A stretch of DNA of 64,000 bases from an uncultured delta proteobacterium (GCA_963782055.1 CAWAIF010000003.1:1472001-1536000), one strand, 5' to 3'; positions 42,496-52,693 are shown, counted from the first letter of the stretch. Notes: generated from the sequence alone by a model not told the origin. Numbers and translations are program-made.

Positions 42496-43533
42496 ATGCC
42501 CAACATCCCGCGTCCCGCGCCCAGCTCCCGCCCCGCGCCGAAGTCCCGCCCGTCGAGCTCCCGCGCGGCGCCGCCCAGCTCCAAGTCGGTCAAGGCGCTG
42601 CCGGAGCTCATCGTCTTCGGCTACGCCGCGCCCGAGGCGAGCGCGGAGGCGAAGCGCCGGATGACCGACCTCGCCATCCGGCTCGGCAAGCTCGCCGGCA
42701 CCGACGTCGGCATGACCGCCCTGCCCTCGTACGAGCGGGTGGCACAGCTCGTCCACAAGGGTGAGATCGACCTCGCCTGGCTCTCGCCCATCCCCTTCAT
42801 CGCGCTGATGCGCGGCAAGAGCGTGGTCCCGCTGGTGAGCCAGTATCGCGTCGGGCGCAACAGCTACCACGGCGCCATCATCGTCGCCGCGTCCTCCCGG
42901 GTGCGCTCGCCCACGGGGCTGAAGGGCAAGCGCGCGGCGTGGGTGGACAAGCACAGCGCCAGCGGCTTCGTGTTGCCGCGCATCCAGCTCGCGGCGATGG
43001 GCGTCGACCCGCGCACCGCCTTCTCCGGGCAGCGCTTCTACGGGTCACACCAGGCGGTGGTCAAGGCGGTGGCGTCGGGCAAGGCGGATTTCGGCGCGAC
43101 GTACGTGCAGCTCGGCAAGCAGGGGGCCATCGCCGACGGCCCGTGGACGCACGTCCCGGGCCTCGGCTCCTCCATCCGCGTGCTGGCGATCTTCGGCGAG
43201 ATCCCCTCCGACGTCATCGCCGCGCGCGGCGATCTCCCGGCCGCCGGGCGCGACCGTCTCACGCGCGCCTTCTTGCAGCTCGCCAAGGACCCGAAGGGCA
43301 AGGAGCTGGTGCGGGAGGTGTTCGGCGCGGACGACTTCCGTCGCCCCAGCGTGGCGAGCTACGAGGAGCTGCGCAACGCCGCCGCCGGCGCGGTGGAGGA
43401 CGGCCTCCTCGACGCGGGCGCCGGAGAGCGCGGCGCGGCCGAGGCCTCGGCCGACAAGACCCAGCCCATCCAGGTGCGCCGCCGCGCCGACAGCACGCAG
43501 GAGGCGGAGATCATCGAGGTGATCGAGGAGTAG
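42496..43533 (+). CDS. PhnD-like phosphate/phosphonate-binding protein, no signal peptide
   Basis: IDLAWLSP, VDKHSASGFVLP, GSHQAVVKAV..GKADFGAT, IPSD. Confidence 0.85.
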   Translation: MPNIPRPAPSSRPAPKSRPSSSRAAPPSSKSVKALPELIVFGYAAPEASAEAKRRMTDLAIRLGKLAGTDVGMTALPSYERVAQLVHKGEIDLAWLSPIPFIALMRGKSVVPLVSQYRVGRNSYHGAIIVAASSRVRSPTGLKGKRAAWVDKHSASGFVLPRIQLAAMGVDPRTAFSGQRFYGSHQAVVKAVASGKADFGATYVQLGKQGAIADGPWTHVPGLGSSIRVLAIFGEIPSDVIAARGDLPAAGRDRLTRAFLQLAKDPKGKELVREVFGADDFRRPSVASYEELRNAAAGAVEDGLLDAGAGERGAAEASADKTQPIQVRRRADSTQEAEIIEVIEE

Positions 43534-43555
43534 CGCGGCGCTAGACTCTGAGCCG

Positions 43556-44530
43556 ATGGACCTCGATCGGATGCTCGAGCGCTGCCGGCGCGATCAGTGG
43601 TCGGTGCACGACATCGACCTCTCCCGTCCGCCGCGGGCGCTCTCCGAAGAGGACGAGATCGCGGTCTGCCAGCTCTTCACCGACATGGCGGTGATCGAGC
43701 GGCTCGCAGGCGCGCTCTTCCGCGAGCAGTCGCGGCGGGTGGACGATCCGGTGCTGCACGACATCTTCGAGACGTTCGTCGTCGACGAGATCCGCCACGC
43801 GCAGATGGCGCAGCTCCTCGCCGACCACTACGACCGCCGGCGGCTGCGCGTCTACCGGCCGAGCCCCGCGCTGACCCGCTTCTTCGACCACTTCGTCACC
43901 GCGGTGACCGGCCTCGACGACGACGTCGCCAACACCTACATCACCGCGGGTGAGCTGATCCTGGACATCGCCCTCCTGCGCTCGCTCAACGACTACGTCG
44001 CCGACGAGGCGAGCGACCAGGCGATGCGGCTCATCAACCGCGACGAGTCGCGGCACATCGCCATCGACTACCACATGGTGGGCTACTACTCGTCGCCCGC
44101 GTGGGCGGAGCGCCGGGCGCGCCGCCCGCACAAGACGCCTCGCGATCACGCGCGCTCGGCCTGGACGTTCGCCTCGATGCTTTACTTCGGCCAGCCCTTC
44201 TTCCGCGACGTCTTCTTCCGGCCGATGGAGCGCATCGACCCGTCCGGCACGCGCATGCGCGAGGCGTTCAAGCGCCTGCAGCTCCTCGGCGCCAAGCCGG
44301 CCGTGATGAACACGTGGTTCGGCACCTTCGCCCGGGTGCTGCAGGACGGCTACAACCACCCGGTCGTCGGCCGCGCGCTCGGCCCGGCCATCCGGCGCGT
44401 GGCGGGCATCGGTGATTTCCTGGGGCGCCTCTACTCCGACGAGGAGCAGCACAAGGCCGCCGCGATGAGCTACGCCGAGCTCGCGGAGGAGGCGGTGGCG
44501 GTGAAGGAGGGCGGCGCCCTCTTCGAGTAG
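43556..44530 (+). CDS. Ferritin-like diiron protein
   Basis: Paired DEIRH and DESRH motifs. Confidence 0.85.
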   Translation: MDLDRMLERCRRDQWSVHDIDLSRPPRALSEEDEIAVCQLFTDMAVIERLAGALFREQSRRVDDPVLHDIFETFVVDEIRHAQMAQLLADHYDRRRLRVYRPSPALTRFFDHFVTAVTGLDDDVANTYITAGELILDIALLRSLNDYVADEASDQAMRLINRDESRHIAIDYHMVGYYSSPAWAERRARRPHKTPRDHARSAWTFASMLYFGQPFFRDVFFRPMERIDPSGTRMREAFKRLQLLGAKPAVMNTWFGTFARVLQDGYNHPVVGRALGPAIRRVAGIGDFLGRLYSDEEQHKAAAMSYAELAEEAVAVKEGGALFE

Positions 44531-44553
44531 ACGCGGCCCCCCCGCGTCGCGCC

Positions 44554-44838
44554 TCAGACCTTGCGCTCGTCCGGCCTGTAGCCACCCCGGACGATCAGCC
44601 CGTGCGCCATGCGCAAGAAGAGCACGACGGCGAGAGAAATGCCGGCTGCGGCGAACAGGTCCCGAACCGGATCTCCGGTGTGCATGACGTCCAGACGGAA
44701 GACGCCGCCCACCAGGGCCGAGCCCACGGCGAAGAAGCGCGTCATCGTGCGCACGGCGGGTTCCCGCGTGGGAATCAGCCGGAGACTGACCTCGCTCACG
44801 GCGACGCCGATGACGAGGAAGAGGAGGAGCATGGCCAT
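44554..44838 (-). CDS. Small three-TM membrane protein
   Basis: Three hydrophobic segments; GGAG before ATG. Confidence 0.6.
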   Translation of the reverse strand: MAMLLLFLVIGVAVSEVSLRLIPTREPAVRTMTRFFAVGSALVGGVFRLDVMHTGDPVRDLFAAAGISLAVVLFLRMAHGLIVRGGYRPDERKV

Positions 44839-44954
44839 GGTGGACTCCGATCTGCGCACCGGAGGTGCGGCTATGCATCGTCAGGTGCATCCCATGTGCC
44901 ACGGCAGCACGCCCGGGGTGTGACGGCAGCGCTCCGGTCCGACTGGCGACGCGA

Positions 44955-46400
44955 TCAGCTCACGACCCAGCGTCGCGGGCCATCGGGCGCCCAGGCGCGC
45001 AGCTCCGCCACCGGCTGGCCATCGTCGCCGAGCTGGATGACCAGGTGCGTGCGGGGAGCCCGATACGCATCCTCGTCGGCGACGTCCGGCTCCTCCTCCG
45101 CCCAGGAGCCGACGTTGATGTACGTCGCCGCGCCCTCGTTGACGGGGGTCTCGGCCGGCGCGTGGGTGTGCCCCATCACGACGAACGCCGCGGGGAGCAG
45201 GCGCGCGAGGTGTGTCGCCCGCTCGGCCATCTGCTCGGCGGGATCCAGCTGGCGCTGCCGCGAGAGGTACGCGTGGCCGAGCACCCAGCCCAGCGCGACG
45301 CATGCGCTGGCGTAGAAGAAGTGACCGGAGCGCAGGCCCAGCACCCCCGTCACCAGCAGCAGCAGCGAGCAGAGCAGGGCGAGGGCGAGCCTGTCGAGCA
45401 GCACGCTCGCCAGGATGCCGCGGATGGATCGCGTGACGGGCGGCGTCTGCAGGGCGGCGAGCGCGCGCAGCCTGTCAATCCCGATGCGCGTCGCCTCAGC
45501 CACCAGACCCATGCGCCGCTCGTGCTCTGCCTTGAGCGCGCGCGCCGCCTCCGAGAAGTGGCCGCGCCGCAGGCGGAAGAGCTCCACGACCGCCTCGAGG
45601 AAGCGGAAGAGGAGCTTGAACATGCCGCCGATGCCGAGGCGCGCCCCGAAGGTGAGGTAGTCGAGCATGCCCTTGTGCTCGTGGCCGTGCTCGTGCATGC
45701 CCATCGTGGGGCGGACGACGTAGCGCAGGAGCACGTCGGAGAAGCCGCGGGCCACGCGGCGCGGATCCAGCGGGGAGAGCGGCGCCATCAGGTAGTCGGT
45801 GGCGCAGAAGGCGTCGTACTGGTGACCGTGCTCGATGTAGGCCACGCCCTTCCAGAAGAAGAACCAGGGGCGGAAATCGATGCGATCGAGGAAGCGCGCC
45901 GCCTCCTCGCCGGTGAGGGCGGTGTGCGCGAGGAGCAGGGCGCGGAAGTCCTCCTTGACGCCGTCCCAGTAGAACTCCACGTCGTGGTTGCCGTGCACGA
46001 CGGTGAGCGCGTGGCCGCCCGCGACGAAGGTGGCGAGCGCGGCGAACACGTCCGGGTGGCGCCCGGCGACGCGACGGAGCTTGGCGCGCGCGTGGTCCGC
46101 GGCGTTGCCCAGGCCGTGCTCCTGCTCCTCCTCGTTCAGCGCGGTCTCCAGCGGGCCGTCCGGGCTCACCGTGATGCCGATGAAGTCGATGAAGTCCCCC
46201 GCGATGACGATGCGCCACCGGTCCGCCGCCGGCTTCTCGTTGCGGTAGTGGGCGAGGAAGTCGACGAGATCGTGGTCGATGCGATCGGAGCGGCGCGCTC
46301 GCTGGGCGGGGGCGAGGCGATCGTTCAGGTCACTCCCGAGGTGAACGTCGGAAAAGACGAGCAGACTCTCGCGGGGGGAATTGGGAGTGAGTGAGGACAC
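44955..46400 (-). CDS. Calcineurin-like metallophosphoesterase with membrane segment
   Basis: SDVHLG, GDFIDF, GNHD, EHGHQYD, GHTH; start placed at GTG 46400 because GTG 46424 lies inside the sigma54-like promoter. Confidence 0.88.
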   Translation of the reverse strand: MSSLTPNSPRESLLVFSDVHLGSDLNDRLAPAQRARRSDRIDHDLVDFLAHYRNEKPAADRWRIVIAGDFIDFIGITVSPDGPLETALNEEEQEHGLGNAADHARAKLRRVAGRHPDVFAALATFVAGGHALTVVHGNHDVEFYWDGVKEDFRALLLAHTALTGEEAARFLDRIDFRPWFFFWKGVAYIEHGHQYDAFCATDYLMAPLSPLDPRRVARGFSDVLLRYVVRPTMGMHEHGHEHKGMLDYLTFGARLGIGGMFKLLFRFLEAVVELFRLRRGHFSEAARALKAEHERRMGLVAEATRIGIDRLRALAALQTPPVTRSIRGILASVLLDRLALALLCSLLLLVTGVLGLRSGHFFYASACVALGWVLGHAYLSRQRQLDPAEQMAERATHLARLLPAAFVVMGHTHAPAETPVNEGAATYINVGSWAEEEPDVADEDAYRAPRTHLVIQLGDDGQPVAELRAWAPDGPRRWVVS

Positions 46401-46420
46401 GACTGTACGGTTAATATGAC

Positions 46421-46435
46421 GCACGAGTCGTGCCA
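46421..46435 (-). promoter_or_regulatory. Sigma54 (-24/-12) promoter candidate
   Basis: Minus strand TGGCACGACTCGTGC matches TGGCACG-N4-TTGC with the required GG-N10-GC spacing. Confidence 0.6.
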
Positions 46436-46509
46436 GCGCTCGTCATGGGAGCGTCATTTCGGCAGCGATCGCGCCGATTTCGCCGCGCGTTCGTGCGCGT
46501 GGCCTCGCG

Positions 46510-46728
46510 TCACCAGCCGAATCGAACGGCGCCCCAGAGCGCGGCGAGGATCACGATGGCGATGCCGGCCATCAGGAACAGATTGGAGATGAAGAAGGGG
46601 TAGGCGATGAGCAGCACGCCCGCGATCATGTGGGGGAACCGCGCCTGGCGCTTGCCGTAGACGAGCGCCACCGTGCCGATCCCGCTGATGACGATCGAGG
46701 CGAGGATGGCGTTGGCGTCGAGGTCCAT
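46510..46728 (-). CDS. Small membrane protein
   Basis: 72 aa, three TMs, YGKRQ and YPFF motifs. Confidence 0.75.
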   Translation of the reverse strand: MDLDANAILASIVISGIGTVALVYGKRQARFPHMIAGVLLIAYPFFISNLFLMAGIAIVILAALWGAVRFGW

Positions 46729-46890
46729 GGGTGCAAGCTAGCACGCGCGGCAGGCCGCGCCCGGGCGGCCACCGCGCGCGCGCCGCGCACCGGGTGCAGA
46801 GGCGCGCAGGATTGGTCGCCGCGTCCCCGCCGCAGCGCTTCTTTTCGGACTCGACGTCGCGGCACGAGCGATGCAGCTCGTCGTCTTGCC

Positions 46891-47568
46891 ATGCGTCATC
46901 ACCTCGCCAGTGCCTTGTTGATCCTCTCCTCCAGCGTCGTCGCGTGCGGCGCGCAGCCGTCGGCCGAGTATCCGGTGACCGCCAGCACCGCGCCCGCTCC
47001 TGCGCCCGCCCCCCCGCCTGCCGCGGCGCCGGGCCGCATGGGCGCCGGTCCGCGCGCAGGAGGCGGCGCAAACGCCGACTGCCCCTGGCGTGGCCAGATG
47101 GGCGCCGGGGCCGTCGCGCCGCGCACGGGGGCTTCCTGCCCCGGGGCGAGCGGGGCGACTCCCGTGCCCTTCACCGAAGGCGTCGCGCAGGCGGTGAACC
47201 GTGCCTACCAGGACGAGCTGCGCGCGCAGGCGACGTACGACAAGGCGATCGCGGATCACGGGGCGGCGCGGCCGTTCCAGCGCATCGCCTTCTCGGAGGC
47301 GCGTCACGCGTGGCTGGTGCGCGGGCTGTATTCCTCGCGCGGGCTCGAGCCGCCCAAGAGCGCGTGGAGCGCGGCCGCCGTGCCCTCGTACAAGACGATG
47401 CAGGCCGCCTGCGCCGCCGGCGTGGCCATCGAGACGGAGAACGTCGCCATGTACGATCAGCTCCTGGCGCGGACGGACCTGCCGCCGGACGTCCGCAACG
47501 TCTTCGAGCGCCTGCGCGCCATGTCGCAGAACCGGCACCTCCCCGCGTTCCGCTCCTGCGCGCCCTGA
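46891..47568 (+). CDS. DUF2202-like ferritin-fold lipoprotein
   Basis: VVAC lipobox; DELRAQATY, SEARH, E.ENVAMY, HLPAF. Confidence 0.8.
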   Translation: MRHHLASALLILSSSVVACGAQPSAEYPVTASTAPAPAPAPPPAAAPGRMGAGPRAGGGANADCPWRGQMGAGAVAPRTGASCPGASGATPVPFTEGVAQAVNRAYQDELRAQATYDKAIADHGAARPFQRIAFSEARHAWLVRGLYSSRGLEPPKSAWSAAAVPSYKTMQAACAAGVAIETENVAMYDQLLARTDLPPDVRNVFERLRAMSQNRHLPAFRSCAP

Positions 47569-47610
47569 ATCAGCGTCGCCGTCGCGGTCGGTCCCCGGCC
47601 AACGGCCGGC

Positions 47611-48240
47611 TCACGCGCAGCCGCACCCCGCGGGCGGGAGCTGATCGATGAAGTCGCGGTAGCGGGCGGTCACCTCGTCCAGCAGCGCCTCCGCGCCGTC
47701 GGCGAGCTTCGCGTCGATGCCGGCCCACTGCGCGGGCCCGAGGCGTGCCACGGCGAGCGGGAAGACCAGCGCCTCCTCCACCGCCATGTTGCGTCGCAGC
47801 TCCGCGGTGTACGCGAAGCCGAGGTGGGCGATGCTCCGGCGCTCCACCGGCGCGTCGGCGAGGGCGCAGTCGAGCAGCTCCTGCAGGAGGAGGCCGCGCC
47901 GGGCGATGGTGTCGTGCTGACTCCTCAGCGTGTCGGCGATCACCTGGAGCGACGGGTCGTTCGCCACGAGCTCGGCCATCACCAGCTCCTCGCGCGTGTG
48001 GTGCACGGCGTCGATGTACTCGGTGAGGAAGCTCACCACCTCGCGCATCATCGCGCAGTCCCCGTCCCCGGCGGCGTGCACGAGGGTGAGCTGTGACTCC
48101 AGCGAGGCGAGCAGGCGGGATACGTCGTCGTGCTCCCGGCGCAACCGCCCGACCGGAGCGTCGTCGGGCGTGGGCGTGATGGCCACACCGGACGAGTGGT
48201 CCACCACGTGTGTGTACGTGCCATCGTTCGGGTGATTCAT
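47611..48240 (-). CDS. Hemerythrin (HHE) domain protein
   Basis: LRREH, HHTREE, QH, NMAVEE..VFP. Confidence 0.85.
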   Translation of the reverse strand: MNHPNDGTYTHVVDHSSGVAITPTPDDAPVGRLRREHDDVSRLLASLESQLTLVHAAGDGDCAMMREVVSFLTEYIDAVHHTREELVMAELVANDPSLQVIADTLRSQHDTIARRGLLLQELLDCALADAPVERRSIAHLGFAYTAELRRNMAVEEALVFPLAVARLGPAQWAGIDAKLADGAEALLDEVTARYRDFIDQLPPAGCGCA

Positions 48241-48449
48241 GGGGCACCTCCAGCGCAGAACAGGCCGATCATGGAAGAAACATGTGCATCCACCGTGCCC
48301 GGGGCAGCCCAGCCCATCCCGATGGTTGGAGAGTCCGATCGCCCCGCGACGAGCTGCACATCGGTCGTCGCACGCGCAAAACGAGCGCGCCCACCGGGGC
48401 ATTTGGGTGGCGCAAAAGTCGCACCATGCGTCATAGTGGAGCCTCAGCG

Positions 48450-49313
48450 ATGCGTCGAAGGGGTCCTGTGCGGGGTGTGGCGAGTGGTGCGCTGACAGGC
48501 CTGCTCCTGGTCGGTGCGCTGGGCTGCGCCACCGGTGGCAAGGTGAGCGATGATGCCGGCACGCCGCAGGTGGAGGCGGGCGGCGACACTGGCGCGCCGG
48601 TCGACGCCGCCGCCGACGCCCCCGCGTCCGACGCCGCGGCGGACGGCGGGACCGAGGACGCCGCGGTCGACGCCGACGCCGGCTCCGGCCTCGCGCGCCT
48701 CCAGCTCAACGAGATCGCCCCCAACGTCAGCAGCAACGTCGACCTCGTCGAGCTGCTGGTGGTCGCTGCCGGGAAGACGACGGGCATCACGCTGGAGCAG
48801 GACATCACCAGCGGCGTGCTCATCCTCGCCACGCTGCCCGACCTGCCGGTGGCCAAGGGGGACTTCATCGTCGTGCACCTCAAGCCCCCGGCCGGCGTGA
48901 CCGACGAGACCACCAGCCAGACGGACTGCACCAACGCCAACTGCTACGACACGGGGTGGGACGTACGTGGTGGCGCCGGGGGCATCACCTACTCCGGGCG
49001 CGTGCTGGTGCTCCGCGACTTCAACAACGGACCCATCCAGGACGGCGCCGCCTTCTACCGGAGCAACGCCACGTCCCCCGCGGGCTTCTTCAACGAGGTG
49101 ATGGCGCTCCAGGTGGCCACGCAGTGGCTCCCGGCGGACTGCGGCGGCAACGCATGCAACACCAATCCTCTCGCCGAGGGCGTCTCCGCCGACTGGGCCG
49201 GCTGCGGGAGCGGGCCGGCGGGCAAGACCGTCGCGCGCGTCGCTGGCGCCGACACCGACGGCGCGGGCGACTGGGCGGTGGGGACCAACTCCATCGCCCT
49301 GACCAACCCTTGA
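48450..49313 (+). CDS. Lipoprotein with lamin-tail-like domain
   Basis: ALGC lipobox; DAG linker; LNEIAPN..DLVEL. Confidence 0.75.
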   Translation: MRRRGPVRGVASGALTGLLLVGALGCATGGKVSDDAGTPQVEAGGDTGAPVDAAADAPASDAAADGGTEDAAVDADAGSGLARLQLNEIAPNVSSNVDLVELLVVAAGKTTGITLEQDITSGVLILATLPDLPVAKGDFIVVHLKPPAGVTDETTSQTDCTNANCYDTGWDVRGGAGGITYSGRVLVLRDFNNGPIQDGAAFYRSNATSPAGFFNEVMALQVATQWLPADCGGNACNTNPLAEGVSADWAGCGSGPAGKTVARVAGADTDGAGDWAVGTNSIALTNP

Positions 49314-49317
49314 CGCG

Positions 49318-50190
49318 TCAAGCGTTCGCCGTCCGCCGCCGGATGAGCCCCTCCTGCGCGGTGGAAGCCACCAGCCGGCCGTCGCGTGTGAAGACGCGGC
49401 CGCGGGCCAGCCCGCGAGCCCCGTGGGCGGCCGGGCTGTCGATGACGTAGAGCAGCCACTCGTCGACGCGGAAGGAGCGATGAAACCACATCACGTGATC
49501 CAGGCTCGCCACCTGCATCCCGCGGGTCAGCCAGGTCACGCCGTGAGGCAGCAGCGACGTGGTGACGAAGGCGAAGTCGGAGGCGTAGGCGAGCAGGTAG
49601 CCGTGGAGCGCCGGGTCGTCGGGGAGCTGCCCGGCGGTGCGCAGCCACAGCATCCGCCGCGGCGGGCGCGGCGCGGGGGCGAAGGGGTCGTCGTCGGGCT
49701 CGACGGGTCTCGTCTCGAAGGGGCGTGGCGCGAGCGCGCGCTGCAGCGCGAAGGCCGGGAGCCTGTCGGCGTGCGCCTTCCACCGCTCCTGCTCGGTGGC
49801 GAGCGACTCCGGCTCCGGCGCCTCCGGCATCTCGTCCTGGTGCTCGAAGCCGGGCTCCTCCTTCTGGAAGGAGGCGGCGAGGTTGAAGATGGCCTTGCCG
49901 CTCTGCACGGCGACGACCCGGCGGGTCGTGAAGGAGCCGCCGTCGCGGATGCGGTCCACCTCGTAGACGATGGGCTTGCGCACGTCCCCCGGCCGCAGGA
50001 AGTACGCGTGCATGGAGTGGGCGTGGCGCTCCGCCGGCACCGTCTGTACGGCGGCGGAGAGGGCCTGCCCGAGCACCTGCCCGCCGAAGACGGTGCCCCA
50101 CCCCAGATCCTGGCTCTGGCCGCGGAACAGGTTCTCCTCGATCCGCTCCAGGGCGAGCAGGGTGACGAGCTCGTCGAGCACCTTGGCCAT
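49318..50190 (-). CDS. tesB: Acyl-CoA thioesterase II
   Basis: VFGGQVLGQAL, HAYFLRPGD, RDGGSFTTRRV, LAYASD, SLDHVMWFH, QEGLIR. Confidence 0.96.
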   Translation of the reverse strand: MAKVLDELVTLLALERIEENLFRGQSQDLGWGTVFGGQVLGQALSAAVQTVPAERHAHSMHAYFLRPGDVRKPIVYEVDRIRDGGSFTTRRVVAVQSGKAIFNLAASFQKEEPGFEHQDEMPEAPEPESLATEQERWKAHADRLPAFALQRALAPRPFETRPVEPDDDPFAPAPRPPRRMLWLRTAGQLPDDPALHGYLLAYASDFAFVTTSLLPHGVTWLTRGMQVASLDHVMWFHRSFRVDEWLLYVIDSPAAHGARGLARGRVFTRDGRLVASTAQEGLIRRRTANA

Positions 50191-50243
50191 GGAGCACGTT
50201 ATAGCGGCTTTACATCCGGCCGCGCGCGTGGATGCATGCGGCC

Positions 50244-50900
50244 ATGCGCACCGCACTCATCGTCGGGTCCTCCGGTCTGGTCGGCGGCTGCTGTCTGTCG
50301 CACCTCGTGGAGCGCATGGAGTACGCGCGCGTGGTGGCGCTGGTGCGGCGCCCCTCCGGACGCAAGGACGCCGGGCTGGAGGAGCGCGTCGTCGACTTCG
50401 ACCGGCTGGAGGAGCACAAGGACGCCTTCGCCGTGGACGACGTCTACGCGTGCCTGGGGACGACGATCAAGAAGGCCGGCTCGCAGGAGAGGTTCCGGCG
50501 CGTCGATCACGACTACACCGCGGCGGTGGCGCGGCTCGCGGCCGGGGGCGGGGCCTCCCGCTTCGCGCTGGTGTCGTCGGTGGGGGCGAGCGAGCGCGCG
50601 TCCAGCTTCTACCTGCGGGTGAAGGGGGAGACCGAGCGCGACGTGGCGGCGGCGGGGTTCGAGTCGCTGGTGATCGCGCGCCCCAGCCTCCTCGTGGGCG
50701 AGCGCGCGGAGAACCGGCCGGGCGAGCGCATCGGCATCGGCGTGGCGCGGGCGGTGACCTTCACCCTGATGGGCGGGCTGCGCAAGTACCGCCCGATCGC
50801 GGCCGACACCGTCGCGCGCGCGCTCGTCGCGGCGACGCTGGCGGGGGAGCAGGGCACGCGCATCCTCCACTTCGACGAGCTGGTCGCCTTCGGCGCGTGA
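50244..50900 (+). CDS. NAD(P)-binding SDR-like protein (TIP30/YraR type)
   Basis: GSSGLVG, CLGTTIKKAGS, YLRVKGE, RPSLLVG. Confidence 0.9.
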   Translation: MRTALIVGSSGLVGGCCLSHLVERMEYARVVALVRRPSGRKDAGLEERVVDFDRLEEHKDAFAVDDVYACLGTTIKKAGSQERFRRVDHDYTAAVARLAAGGGASRFALVSSVGASERASSFYLRVKGETERDVAAAGFESLVIARPSLLVGERAENRPGERIGIGVARAVTFTLMGGLRKYRPIAADTVARALVAATLAGEQGTRILHFDELVAFGA

Positions 50901-50948
50901 CGCCCCGCGGGCAGGCAACGCCTGGTGGGCCCGCGCCGATGGGCCCCC

Positions 50949-51968
50949 ATGAACATCCAGAGACGGACGACGTCCGCCGGACCCGCCCCGGATCACGACG
51001 AGCAGCCCGGCGCCGCGACGGAGGCGCGCCACCATCACGAACCGACGCCCGACCTGGGCGGTGGCCACGAGCACGAGCTCGACCACTCGGCGGTGCTCTT
51101 CGCGCAGAACGCGGGACGGGAGCCGCCGACGCGCTCCGACGCCACGAGCACGCAGCCGCGGCCGCACCTCAACGACGGGATCATCTACCTCGGCATGAAC
51201 TCCACGGTCGGTGACGACACTCACGAGCACCAGAACGAGCTCGAAGCGAAGAACCTCCCCGGCGCCGTGGTGATCGCGCACTCCGAAGACGGCCCCGACG
51301 GCGCCGACCACGCGCGCGTGGGCGGGAGGTCGGTCGACCTCTCCACGCCCGAGGGCGCGAAGGCCTTCGCCCAGTCGCTAGGCCTTCCTCCCGCGCAGTC
51401 GGGCGCCATCGCCCGCGTGCTGCGAGGCGCGGGCACCGGATCCCGCGACGAGCTCGCCGGCCTCGCGCGCCTCTTCGCCCGCGCCGAGCACGGCGGCACC
51501 ATCCCCAGCAGGCTTGTGCTCTCCGGTCACTCTGTGGGCGAGGGGATCTACGACGGCGCGGGCAAGGACGGCGGGCTCGGGTTCGCCTCGGTCCAGGCGC
51601 TCGCCGACGCCATGCCGGAGGCGGCCGCGCAGATCGAGGACCTCATGCTGTCGGCGTGCAGCACCGGCTACGAGGGCGTGCCGAACAAGACGTCGCTCAG
51701 CTCCTGGAAGGCACACTTCCCCAACCTGAAGACCGCGTGGGGCTACGAGATGCCGAGCGACTTTCACTCGCCGACCGAGAACCACGCGGTCTCGCACATC
51801 ACCGCGTGGCGGGAGCACACGCGCGGCCGCACCAATCACCTCGACGGGCCGAGCGCCGTCCGCGAGAGCTATGCGCGGCACCACGACGTGTGGGGGAGCA
51901 AGCCGCTCGTCCCGGAGAACGTCGCGGTGTGGACCGAGTCGCAGGGCTACCGGGAAGGACACCGCTGA
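50949..51968 (+). CDS. Hypothetical protein with possible His-Cys (clan CD-like) dyad
   Basis: Disordered His-rich N-terminus; LVLSGHSVG and LMLSACSTG. Confidence 0.7.
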   Translation: MNIQRRTTSAGPAPDHDEQPGAATEARHHHEPTPDLGGGHEHELDHSAVLFAQNAGREPPTRSDATSTQPRPHLNDGIIYLGMNSTVGDDTHEHQNELEAKNLPGAVVIAHSEDGPDGADHARVGGRSVDLSTPEGAKAFAQSLGLPPAQSGAIARVLRGAGTGSRDELAGLARLFARAEHGGTIPSRLVLSGHSVGEGIYDGAGKDGGLGFASVQALADAMPEAAAQIEDLMLSACSTGYEGVPNKTSLSSWKAHFPNLKTAWGYEMPSDFHSPTENHAVSHITAWREHTRGRTNHLDGPSAVRESYARHHDVWGSKPLVPENVAVWTESQGYREGHR

Positions 51969-52693
51969 TGCGCGCGCTCGCCCTTCTCCCGCTCGTCGCG
52001 TTCGTCGCGTGCGCCGCACCGCGCGCCGAGCATCCAGTCGTCGCGCTCGAGATCCCGCCGGCGCCGACCGCCCCGACGCCGGCGTGCAGCGCGCCGGCCG
52101 CTCCGGCGGTGAAGATGTGCGACATCCCGGGCGGCTCCAACGACTTCATGCACAAGGGGCTCGTCCCTCTCGACTTTCAGACGTGTGACGACTACGTCCC
52201 CGAATTCCAGTACCGCATCAGCGACGCCTGTCGCGACGCGCTACCGAAGGTCGCCAAGATCGTCGGCGACCTGAACGGCGAGCGTGAGGACAGCGGCCTC
52301 TACACCCACGACGCCATGACCGAGCGCAACGCCCGGATGGTCGCGGTGTCGCTGCCGCTCCTGCCACCCCGGTGTCGCACGCACTTTCCGGACGGCGTCG
52401 CGGCCGACGACGTGGACCGCGCCATCTGGGAGGTGGACTCCCGCTGGCGGGATTGCCAGCCGGACCCGGAGGTCGCGGCCTCCTACACCTTCGACGAGGG
52501 GACGGTGGTCCACCACCCCACGGCCAACGTCCCGGTGGGCGCGTTCCTCCTCGCGATCGTGCTGGAGCCGCACCTCGGGCCGCTCGGCAAGCAGTACCTG
52601 CGCAAGTTCATGGTGTGCGAGATGATCGAGATGGAGGCGCGGCACGACCTGGAGAACCGCGCGAACATCGCGAAGGGCGTCCTCGTCCCCTGA
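51968..52693 (+). CDS. Cys-containing hypothetical lipoprotein
   Basis: TGATG overlap with the upstream stop; MRALALLPLVAFVAC lipobox. Confidence 0.75.
   Translation: MRALALLPLVAFVACAAPRAEHPVVALEIPPAPTAPTPACSAPAAPAVKMCDIPGGSNDFMHKGLVPLDFQTCDDYVPEFQYRISDACRDALPKVAKIVGDLNGEREDSGLYTHDAMTERNARMVAVSLPLLPPRCRTHFPDGVAADDVDRAIWEVDSRWRDCQPDPEVAASYTFDEGTVVHHPTANVPVGAFLLAIVLEPHLGPLGKQYLRKFMVCEMIEMEARHDLENRANIAKGVLVP

Noticed and set aside
48408..48422. Sigma54-like TGGCGCAAAAGTCGC
   Set aside because: Correct spacing but several mismatches; not distinguishable from chance in GC-rich DNA
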